Assembly: GCA_041674285.1 (NCBI GenBank)
Contig: JBAYVZ010000001.1
Span: 10,167 to 74,166, forward strand
DNA: 64,000 bases
Source: Minisyncoccota bacterium
GTDB taxonomy: Bacteria; Patescibacteriota; Minisyncoccia; Phycocordibacterales; UBA9973
Direction: 5' to 3'
Part shown: piece by piece, positions 36,937-44,856 of the stretch
Layout of the letters: each line of letters starts with the position of its first letter
Position numbering within the stretch: position 1 is the stretch's first letter
Translations under genes and position numbers: made by a program
The notes under the pieces: model-generated
Seen by the model: the letters and a program-made list of their open reading frames with translations, nothing else
Database searches by the model: none
What the model was told of the DNA's origin: nothing

Positions 36937-37719
36937 AAAGAGAAGGTTGGATCATTTGGTCTAACCTTTTATTTTTTTTCAACGAGTTCATGTTCATTGT
37001 TTGACATGTAAGTTTTTTATGATAGGATGTAACTAATCTTATCTTTCAGTAATCAATAGGGTAAGCTTAAAACCAGAGCCTCGGTCATTTCGGTGATCGA
37101 GGTTTTTTTGTTTCTGATATGTAGGAGGTAAGAGAGCAACAATAATTGCTATTATTTCTATTGGAGTTATAGTTGGAATTGCTCAAATTTATGCTCAACT
37201 ATGTTTTTAAGCCACTCTATATATTATACTACAAAACAAGGTAAAATGCAAGTTGAATTGCCTTGCATTATAAGGGTGTTTTGAGATAATACCTGTATGA
37301 CAGATGGAATAACACCCAACAAAGAAACCCATATTATTGAGTCCTCAAATGAGCCTGTCGTATACTTTAACATAACATAATAATGAACATGAAAAAGAAA
37401 AATTATTTATACATTACATCAATTATATTTTTAATTGTGGGTCTCGTGCATTTTTTAAAAATATTAACTGTTTTTGAAATACAGATAGCAGGTCAAGAAT
37501 ATCCACTTTGGCTTAGTTGGATTGAAATGATTATTGCATTGTATTTATCTTTTCTTGGTTTTCATTTGAGTAAAAAATAATAGATTTAAAGGGAGTGTTC
37601 TCGCTATTTTAAGAATTTTTAATAAAATAGGTTCGAGCGAAGTCATATAACCACCCACGATAGTTTTTATAAAGTTGGAATCTTTCGACATCCTTAGTCT
37701 AGGCATCACGATATAAATA

Positions 37720-37750
37720 AAACCCCGCAATTGCGGGGTTTTATTTATAT
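37720..37750. terminator. Bidirectional intrinsic terminator
   Basis: aaaaccccgcaattgcggggtttt lies between convergent genes. Confidence 0.75.
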
Positions 37751-38239
37751 AGACTTCACTTTTAGATTTGTTTGTTTGTGCTTGTTTATCTTTGGGAGCT
37801 TGATCACGAGTAGGCCGTGCTTTTCTATTGCTTCAGCTTCTTCAGGGTCTACTTCTTCTGGTAGGCTAATTGTTCTTGAAAAGCTTCCCCAGTATAGCTC
37901 TCTGACATAGTAATCTCCCTCTTTTATTGATCTATTTTCTTCTCTTTTACCTTTGATAGTCAGAGTGTCTCTTGTGATCATAATAGATAGATTCTCTGGT
38001 AGTACACCGGCTATCATACTCTGCACTACGATCTCGCCATTTGTCTGATATAGGTCGATAGTGAGCTCTCCGTCTTGTTCTTCTTCGACTTCTTCTTTGA
38101 ATTCAACTTCGTGATTTTTCTTCATTAACTTCGGCTCTTCGTCTACGAGAAATTCACTCTCGTCATCGAATTTAATACCACCGGTTAATTTTTCAAAAAA
38201 AGATTTCTTTTTTAGCATAGTTTTATATTGTTTGCGCAA
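37745..38239 (-). CDS. Small heat-shock protein, Hsp20/alpha-crystallin family
   Basis: Alpha-crystallin domain (GELTIDLYQTNGEIVVQSMIAGVLPENLSIMITRDTLTIKG...FSRTISLPEEVDPEEAEAIEKHGLLVIKLPK). Confidence 0.85.
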   Translation of the reverse strand: MRKQYKTMLKKKSFFEKLTGGIKFDDESEFLVDEEPKLMKKNHEVEFKEEVEEEQDGELTIDLYQTNGEIVVQSMIAGVLPENLSIMITRDTLTIKGKREENRSIKEGDYYVRELYWGSFSRTISLPEEVDPEEAEAIEKHGLLVIKLPKINKHKQTNLKVKSI

Positions 38240-38936
38240 AGCGCGGACTCATTCTTCTTAGTTTTTCAAAAATAAGAATATTTATAATCGCGACTACCCA
38301 CAGGAAACCAAAGACAGACAGAAAGTTTTCACCGCTTCCTTTCATTATAAAGAAATTGAACAGGCTATGCAAGGTAATTGCGAGTAGTAATCCGATAATC
38401 GCATATCTTTTTTTAAATCTTTTTATGTAAAATGCCAATCCAAATGCGCTACCTATCATACTACTTGCGATAGCATGCAGTAGTGTCGATCCTAGGAATC
38501 GCAAGTTGCCAGTGAGTAGTCCGACAACTGTCCCGTCTACTTGGAGTGGGTTGATCAGAAAGAATACATTTTCAAGTGCAGCGAACCCCAGTGCGGCTGC
38601 GATAAAGTACATAGGGTAGTCTATCGGCTGGTCTATATGTCCACTACCAAATACTACTACTATAACTGCTAGCATCTTTAGAATCTCTTCTATCGCTGCA
38701 AATGCAATTATCTGCCATGTCTTGTCTAGTATCAATGTGGCAGAATATCTCTGTAGCCATATAGCTAGTAGTACCATCACCCCACCGAGCACAAAAGACA
38801 TGATTATCAATCCTGTTGGTTCTTTGTCGTCTCCGTCTTCTTGTCTTAGCCAAAACCATAGCCATAGTATGGCTGGTAGTGCTCCTCCTAGTACTGCATA
38901 TATTAGAGTTTTTGGGTCTGATATAAGATTATCCAT
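38223..38936 (-). CDS. PrsW-family intramembrane protease
   Basis: Motifs AAIEEILKML (EExxK), AALGFAALENVFF and HAIASSMIGSAFG; polytopic. Confidence 0.65.
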   Translation of the reverse strand: MDNLISDPKTLIYAVLGGALPAILWLWFWLRQEDGDDKEPTGLIIMSFVLGGVMVLLAIWLQRYSATLILDKTWQIIAFAAIEEILKMLAVIVVVFGSGHIDQPIDYPMYFIAAALGFAALENVFFLINPLQVDGTVVGLLTGNLRFLGSTLLHAIASSMIGSAFGLAFYIKRFKKRYAIIGLLLAITLHSLFNFFIMKGSGENFLSVFGFLWVVAIINILIFEKLRRMSPRFAQTI

Positions 38937-41139
38937 TATTTATTGTTGGCCACTTTTCTACCATCAATAGGCCTGTGTCTTTATGAATAATAGACCACAA
39001 TTCTTCTGTGACGAATGGCATGAATGGGTGGAGTACTGTTGTTATCTTCTCTAGAGTATTCAATAGGAATTGTGCACGAGCCATTTTCGCACTCTCATCA
39101 TCTCCGTTTAGTATTATTTTGCTTTCCTCAATTATCACATCTGCAAATCGTGTCCATGCATATGCATAGAGCTTTTCTCCGACTAGATAGAATTTGTATT
39201 CATCCATTTCTTTTGTGATCTCAGATATCAGATTGTCTCGCTCTTCGATCAAAGTTTTTTCACTATCTGTATATGCGTCAAACTTTGGATCACATGTGAT
39301 GCCTTCAGTGCTCGATAGGGTAAAGCGCGCGATGTTCCAGAGTTTATTTGCAAAGTGCTTGTATGCTTTTACTTTTTGCATATCAAATTTTGTATCATTA
39401 CCTGGGCCTACACCTACGACGAGTGCCATGCGTAATGCGTCTGTTCCGTATTCGTTTATCACATCTATTGGGTCTATTCCATTGTTTGCAGACTTGCTGA
39501 ATTTCTTACCTTTACTATCACGAACTATCCCATGGAAATAAACAGTATCGAATGGAACTTCATTTAATAGATATTGAGACATGAGGACCATACGAGCAAC
39601 CCAAAATGGCAGGATTTCATATCCCGGCATAACTATTGTAGTAGGATGGTAATTCTTTAAATCTGCAGAATTCATATCTGGCCATCCGAGAGTAGAGAAT
39701 GTCCATAGTCCTGAAGAGAACCAAGTGTCTAGACTATCAGAGTCTTGTTCCCAGCCTTCACCTTCGGGTGCTTCCATATCGCAATAAACTTCATCACCTC
39801 GGTACCATACAGGCACACGGTGTCCGTACCAGATCTGGCGAGATATACACCAGTCGCGAAGATTCGCAATCCAGTGTGAATATATTTTTTCAAATCTATC
39901 TGGTAATACTTTTATTTTGCCATCAACAACAGGTTCAAGCATCAGATCCTTTAAGGTCTTGCCAGTATGTCTTTCTATTGGTTTGTTTACATTTATGAAC
40001 CACTGTAGTTTTGGAATTGGTTCGATGATTGCACCTGTGCGTTCTGCTGTCGATACATTTTGATCAACTTCGACTTCAGATTCCATCAAATTATTATCGC
40101 GTAGCCACTGTGCTACTATCTCACGAGCTTCACCTGTCTTCTTTCCCAGAAGATTTTCACCACCTACTGTCATCTTGGCATATTCATTGATAACTGGTTT
40201 TACCTCCAAGTTATTCTTTTGAGCCATTTCCCAGTCTATCTGACTATCTGCCGGGGTCACTCCGAGGGCTCCAGTACCAAAATCTTTTTCTACATTGTGG
40301 TCTGCGATTATTTTGATTGATAGTGGTACTCCGCAAAAATCAGCCACTTCAAAAGTCTGACCGACATATTGAGTATATCTTTCATCTGCAGGGTTTACAG
40401 CTACTGCCATGTCTCCGACTTTTGTCTCTGGTCGAGTCGTAGATATAGAGATAGGGAAGTCTTTTGAATATTTAAATGTGTATAGTTTTGCTTTTCTTTC
40501 TTCGTAAACTACTTCGTCATCTGATATTACCGTCTGGCCTTTTGGGTCCCAGTTCACAATACGATACCCACGGTAGATCAGACCTTCGTCGTACATTTTC
40601 TTGAATGCAGTGCGTACAGCAAAGTTCCTCTTTTCGTCTAGGGTAAATGCTTCACGAGACCAGTCTATGGATGCACCCATCTTTTTAATCTGAGATACTA
40701 TAGTGTCGTGACTCTCTTGGGCGAATTTGTCTACGCGTTTTAGGAATTCTTCACGGCCTAGATCTGTCTTTCTTTTTCCTTCTTCTTTTTCTAGAATTTT
40801 TTCAACTTTTGATTGTGTGGCGATAGCTGCATGGTCTGTACCAGGGATCCAAAGAGTTTTCTTTCCCTTCATACGATTATACCGAACTAAGACATCTTGC
40901 ATTGTGTCTTCAAAAGCGTGACCTAGGTGTAGTGTACCTGTCACATTTGGAGGAGGTAGGACGATAGAGAAATGTGGAGCGTCGGGTTTTGTGACTCCTT
41001 TTTCTATACAAACATCCGGATTAAAAAATCCACTATCTTGCCATTGCTGGTAAATACGATCCTCAGTATCGGCTGGGTTGTATGGTTGTAATAGCTTTTT
41101 ATCAATATTTGGTTCTTTGTATTCAGGTTTGTCTTGCAT
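38929..41139 (-). CDS. valS: Valyl-tRNA synthetase (short form lacking the C-terminal coiled coil)
   Basis: PPPNVTGTLHLGHA HIGH region, KMSKS variant GKKFSKSANN, editing domain; 736 aa. Confidence 0.9.
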   Translation of the reverse strand: MQDKPEYKEPNIDKKLLQPYNPADTEDRIYQQWQDSGFFNPDVCIEKGVTKPDAPHFSIVLPPPNVTGTLHLGHAFEDTMQDVLVRYNRMKGKKTLWIPGTDHAAIATQSKVEKILEKEEGKRKTDLGREEFLKRVDKFAQESHDTIVSQIKKMGASIDWSREAFTLDEKRNFAVRTAFKKMYDEGLIYRGYRIVNWDPKGQTVISDDEVVYEERKAKLYTFKYSKDFPISISTTRPETKVGDMAVAVNPADERYTQYVGQTFEVADFCGVPLSIKIIADHNVEKDFGTGALGVTPADSQIDWEMAQKNNLEVKPVINEYAKMTVGGENLLGKKTGEAREIVAQWLRDNNLMESEVEVDQNVSTAERTGAIIEPIPKLQWFINVNKPIERHTGKTLKDLMLEPVVDGKIKVLPDRFEKIYSHWIANLRDWCISRQIWYGHRVPVWYRGDEVYCDMEAPEGEGWEQDSDSLDTWFSSGLWTFSTLGWPDMNSADLKNYHPTTIVMPGYEILPFWVARMVLMSQYLLNEVPFDTVYFHGIVRDSKGKKFSKSANNGIDPIDVINEYGTDALRMALVVGVGPGNDTKFDMQKVKAYKHFANKLWNIARFTLSSTEGITCDPKFDAYTDSEKTLIEERDNLISEITKEMDEYKFYLVGEKLYAYAWTRFADVIIEESKIILNGDDESAKMARAQFLLNTLEKITTVLHPFMPFVTEELWSIIHKDTGLLMVEKWPTINNG

Positions 41140-41188
41140 GTATAAAATATAGCATTTTTAAAGCCATCTTTCCAATTATTAAAAACTA

Positions 41189-41216
41189 TTTTGACTTAAT
41201 TTTAAAAAGTGGTAAT
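41189..41216 (+). promoter_or_regulatory. Promoter-like element ttgacttaattttaaaaagtggtaat (copy 1)
   Basis: TTGACT -35, 16-17 nt spacer, TGgTAAT extended -10; identical copy at 41910-41937. Confidence 0.55.
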
Positions 41217-41249
41217 CTGTGAAAAAAAGAAACTTTAAAACAAATAATT

Positions 41250-41840
41250 ATGGAAAATCAAAAACCTAAAATCAACGTCTCAAAGACATCTAATGATTCT
41301 GATTATTCTCTTGGTAGAGCTCTAAATTTTTGTTATGAATATGACAATTATACTAATTCTCTCCAAGCTAGAGTTGATCGCCTCAAGGCTAAAAAACAAG
41401 AAGAAGTTTTTACTGCTTTGATTAATGAAATTAAAAATAAGATGCCTGAAAAATTTAAGAAATTTTTTGAGTTGAATTTTTCTTTTGACTTGCAGTATAA
41501 CCCTAATGATCCAAAACATAATCTTTTCAAGATGATACGTGATCATATGTATGGATTTATCGGAATTACTTTGTACCGTATCGAGACTATCAGTATTAAA
41601 AATTCTGGATTTGTAAATTTAGAAGATTTTTTGAATTCATTGTCACTTTTAAATGATTCACTCGATGGTGTTTTTAAGGTTGGATGTCATCAATCAGATA
41701 TGTCGAAAGAAGAAATTAAAAGAATGCAAATGATTTCTTTGTCTTTTTGGCTCGATAAGCCAGATTATATTAGAGAAATGAATAGAAAATCTATGGATGA
41801 TTTATTTAATGCACAAGAAAAACTTAGTAAAAAAAGTTAG
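41250..41840 (+). CDS. Hypothetical protein (cassette cargo 1)
   Basis: 196-aa ORF between the shared promoter and terminator repeats; no recognisable domain. Confidence 0.4.
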   Translation: MENQKPKINVSKTSNDSDYSLGRALNFCYEYDNYTNSLQARVDRLKAKKQEEVFTALINEIKNKMPEKFKKFFELNFSFDLQYNPNDPKHNLFKMIRDHMYGFIGITLYRIETISIKNSGFVNLEDFLNSLSLLNDSLDGVFKVGCHQSDMSKEEIKRMQMISLSFWLDKPDYIREMNRKSMDDLFNAQEKLSKKS

Positions 41841-41845
41841 GTAAT

Positions 41846-41896
41846 TAAAACCCCAAATTCCCGTTTGCTTTCAGAGATGAAAGTGAACGGGTTTTT
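41846..41896 (+). terminator. Intrinsic terminator (cassette terminator copy 1)
   Basis: aaattcccgtttgctttcagagatgaaagtgaacgggtttttt: nested stem cccgtt/aacggg plus ctttc/gaaag and a T-run. Confidence 0.7.
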
Positions 41897-41909
41897 TATT
41901 TATATTATG

Positions 41910-41937
41910 CTTTGACTTAATTTTAAAAAGTGGTAAT
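41910..41937 (+). promoter_or_regulatory. Promoter-like element (copy 2 of ttgacttaattttaaaaagtggtaat)
   Basis: 27/27 identity with 41190-41216. Confidence 0.55.
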
Positions 41938-41963
41938 GTAAAAAGAAAAACTTAACAAAAGCC

Positions 41964-42788
41964 ATGGAAATAAAACAAAAGATTTTGAAAGAGCCTGTGC
42001 TTATCTCTGGTAAGGATTACTGGGGAAGGTCAGCATGGATTAAATTTTCTCCGTCCGTTCGTTCTGGGTGGTGGTGGAAAACCAAAGATGGGGTGATTCC
42101 TATTAATCACAAAATTGCAGAAAAAAGACGCGGGCAAATATCTCTTTGTTCGGGCTCAGAATCTATCGCAGTATGGGAGCATATAGGTGTTTTGAGATTT
42201 TTAGGATTTGATTGTGTTGAAGTAGAATCATCGCCTTGGGCTCCGTATGATGGATCCGCGCTTATTTACTACGAACACTTGGAGGGTAAATTTGCTGTTA
42301 GTGGCAGCAATATCCCCTGGGTCAGGATAACCGAAGATGTAAAGAGTGCGTATGATCCAAATAAGAGAGATGGTTATGTGAAGATCAGTCCTGTATTGTC
42401 TGATGGAAATGAAGTTGCTGATTTATGCTTGAGTGTTGAGGCAGGATGGTCTCCTCTCCCGAGCATAAATAGAACTGTGTTTGCTTCTGATCAGGATTAT
42501 CTATTAAGTATCTTGGGTGTAAAAGCCCAGGGCTATCCTCATTATCTTTATAATGTTGCAAAAGTTGCATCAAAACTTGGCTACCCTCATTTCAAGGAGC
42601 TAACATGGTTGGAAGATCATGGGCCAGAAAAAACCGCTGAACTATTTTTTAGCCATCGTGTTCTGGATTTGTTGGGATGCATGAGTTTGTGTCACCATGA
42701 ATACTTGCCTGTTGGTCATGTCGAGTCTCGTTTTGCTGGTCACGAAGTAGACCTCAGCGCAGTAAAAAAGTGTTTTGTATATTTATAA
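41964..42788 (+). CDS. LpxC-family (UDP-3-O-acyl-GlcNAc deacetylase-like) zinc deacetylase homologue
   Basis: VWEHIGVLRFLGFDCVEVESSPWAPYDGSALIY parallels the LpxC motif TVEHL.AL.G.GIDN..IE....E.PImDGSA. C-terminal HRVLDLLGCMSL parallels the LpxC HxxxD zinc motif (HKxLDxxGDL). Confidence 0.55.
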   Translation: MEIKQKILKEPVLISGKDYWGRSAWIKFSPSVRSGWWWKTKDGVIPINHKIAEKRRGQISLCSGSESIAVWEHIGVLRFLGFDCVEVESSPWAPYDGSALIYYEHLEGKFAVSGSNIPWVRITEDVKSAYDPNKRDGYVKISPVLSDGNEVADLCLSVEAGWSPLPSINRTVFASDQDYLLSILGVKAQGYPHYLYNVAKVASKLGYPHFKELTWLEDHGPEKTAELFFSHRVLDLLGCMSLCHHEYLPVGHVESRFAGHEVDLSAVKKCFVYL

Positions 42789-42794
42789 AGTCGT

Positions 42795-42852
42795 TTTAGA
42801 GCCCTAAATTCCCGTTTGCTTTCAGAGATGAAAGTGAGCGGGATTTTTTTAT
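42795..42852. terminator. Intrinsic terminator (cassette terminator copy 2; also terminates convergent tsaD)
   Basis: ctaaattcccgtttgctttcagagatgaaagtgagcgggattttttt: 2 mismatches versus copy 1. Confidence 0.7.
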
Positions 42853-44022
42853 TGGTTTTTTAAGATAATTAAAGTATCCTGCGATGGCTATCATCAGGCC
42901 GTTGTCAGTAGAAAGTTTTTTTGTAGGGAAGTATACTTTAATTTTTAATTTTTCATTTTTAATTTTTAAACCTACTTTCTCTCTCAATACTTTTTGTAAA
43001 TGCGTATTTGCAGATACTCCACCACCCACTATCAGCGTCTGGATTTTATATTTTTCTATGGCCTTGATTGTCTTGTATGTCAGGACTTCTACTATTGAAT
43101 CTTCTACTTCACAAGCTATTTCTTTTTTTTGTTCATCATTTATATCTCCAAGGTCGCGTATCAAATACAGCACTGCAGTCTTGAGTCCAGAGAATGAAAA
43201 ATCAAAATCTCCAGAGTGTATCATTGGGCGAGGTAATTTAATTTTATTCTCCTCTTGAGGAGTACCCGCCAATGCGGGGGAGGTGGATGTATTTGAATTC
43301 TTTCGATGCTCTGCTGCCAATTTAGAAATCTCTGGTCCGCCGGGGTACGGCAGGGATAGCATGCGGGCTACCTTATCAAAAGCTTCACCTGCTGCATCGT
43401 CACGAGTTTGACCGATGACTTTGTATTTGCCGAAATCTTTCATGAGGACTAGCTCTGTATGTCCACCAGATACGAGCAGAGAAAGAGCAGGGAACTGTAT
43501 CTCTGGAATTTTCCCCTCATCTGTCATCAATATAGATAATATATGCCCCTCCATGTGGTTCACAGGTAGTAGTGGGAGATCCCATGCGATAGACAGTGCT
43601 TTTGCAAAGCTGATACCTACCCATAGTGCTGGCTCGAGGCCTGGACCTACTGTCACAGCTATGGCATCTATCTTGGGCTTGGCTATCTTAGATATGGAAT
43701 TTATGAATGTTTCTGGTAAGTCATTTTCTCTTGAGAGTATCTCTTTTATTTTTACCTCATCAATTTTTAATTTTTCATTTTTAATTTTTAATTTAAATAG
43801 TCCTGCATCTTTGAGTGCTTTTTCAAAAACGGGTACGATATTCTTGCCGTGCTCGCGCTTTGCCATCATAGGGAATACGCCACCATAGTTCGTATGGATG
43901 GGTTGGGATTGTATTGCATTTGCCATCATGTGCAGACAGTGACTACTCTTTCCACGCTTCCGCGCGTCGAGTATCGCTATTCCTGTATCGTCGCAAGATG
44001 TTTCTATTGCTAGTATCTTCAT
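42796..44022 (-). CDS. tsaD: tRNA N6-adenosine threonylcarbamoyltransferase TsaD (Kae1/Gcp family) with Lys-rich insertions
   Basis: N-terminal MKILAIETSCDDTGIAILD, ...GGVFPMMAKREH..., ...LLVSGGHTELVLM..., C-terminal ...GGGVSANTHLQ...; 408 aa versus about 340 typical. Confidence 0.9.
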   Translation of the reverse strand: MKILAIETSCDDTGIAILDARKRGKSSHCLHMMANAIQSQPIHTNYGGVFPMMAKREHGKNIVPVFEKALKDAGLFKLKIKNEKLKIDEVKIKEILSRENDLPETFINSISKIAKPKIDAIAVTVGPGLEPALWVGISFAKALSIAWDLPLLPVNHMEGHILSILMTDEGKIPEIQFPALSLLVSGGHTELVLMKDFGKYKVIGQTRDDAAGEAFDKVARMLSLPYPGGPEISKLAAEHRKNSNTSTSPALAGTPQEENKIKLPRPMIHSGDFDFSFSGLKTAVLYLIRDLGDINDEQKKEIACEVEDSIVEVLTYKTIKAIEKYKIQTLIVGGGVSANTHLQKVLREKVGLKIKNEKLKIKVYFPTKKLSTDNGLMIAIAGYFNYLKKPIKKSRSLSSLKANGNLGL

Positions 44023-44128
44023 AATATTAATTATACTTTGAATTAAAATTTAAATTACCACTTCCCGCCCCGTAGGAAGTACTCTTTCCTTTGGGGTCGC
44101 AAGAGGTCTCTATCGCTAGAATCTTCAT
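43990..44128. repeat. 33-bp duplication of the tsaD start region, bracketing a 73-bp hairpin-containing insert
   Basis: gtcgcaagatgtttctattgctagtatcttcat (43990-44022) versus gtcgcaagaggtctctatcgctagaatcttcat (44096-44128). The 4 mismatches are all synonymous for MKILAIETSCD. The insert contains attaccacttcccgccccgtagg and the stem cccc/ggaa...ttcc/gggg. Confidence 0.75.
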
Positions 44129-44208
44129 TTTTAGAATATAGCAAATATAAGCCTTTTTGACTATACTTTATAAATATGTTATTTTAAATAAAAGAAAATT
44201 AATTTATC

Positions 44209-44790
44209 ATGAAAAAACATTTAATCACAATTGCGGGGAATAATGGAAGTGGTAAATCAACTACTTCAAAAAAAATAGCAAACACTCTAGGTTATACTCA
44301 TAAATCAACCGGAGATTTTATGCGATCTATAGCACTAGAAAAAGGTGTGACATTACAAGAATTGGGTAGTATTGCAGAAAAAGATCCAACTATAGACAAA
44401 ATGTTGGATGATTCAAATCTTGAAATTGGAAAGATGGACAATGTTGTTCTCGATTCACGTTTAGGGTTTTATTTTATACCGGATTCATTTAAAGTTTTTT
44501 TGAAGTGTGATTCAAAAATTGCGGCTACTCGATTTCTTAAATCAGCAGTAGAAAATCCAGACAGATTGAATGAAAATTTATCTAAGTCAGAAGATGTATC
44601 AGACATAGCTCGCTCATTTGATATCCGTTTGGAGAGTGAGAAAAAAAGATATGATGATTTGTATGGGATAAAAGATCATACAGATACATCAAATTTTGAT
44701 CTAGTTATTGATACGAGCCTTCCCGAGAACTCAAAAGAAAGAGTTCCACAAATTATTATTGAGGTCTACAATCAGTGGCTTAATAAGTAA
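44209..44790 (+). CDS. P-loop nucleoside monophosphate kinase-like protein (cytidylate-kinase-like)
   Basis: ITIAGNNGSGKSTTSKKIA Walker A at the N-terminus; 193 aa; family-level call only. Confidence 0.45.
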   Translation: MKKHLITIAGNNGSGKSTTSKKIANTLGYTHKSTGDFMRSIALEKGVTLQELGSIAEKDPTIDKMLDDSNLEIGKMDNVVLDSRLGFYFIPDSFKVFLKCDSKIAATRFLKSAVENPDRLNENLSKSEDVSDIARSFDIRLESEKKRYDDLYGIKDHTDTSNFDLVIDTSLPENSKERVPQIIIEVYNQWLNK

Positions 44791-44856
44791 TTTAAAGAAA
44801 AAAAGCTTCCTTTTAGGGGGCTTTTTTTTATTCCACAAAGGGTTTATAGTATATAT

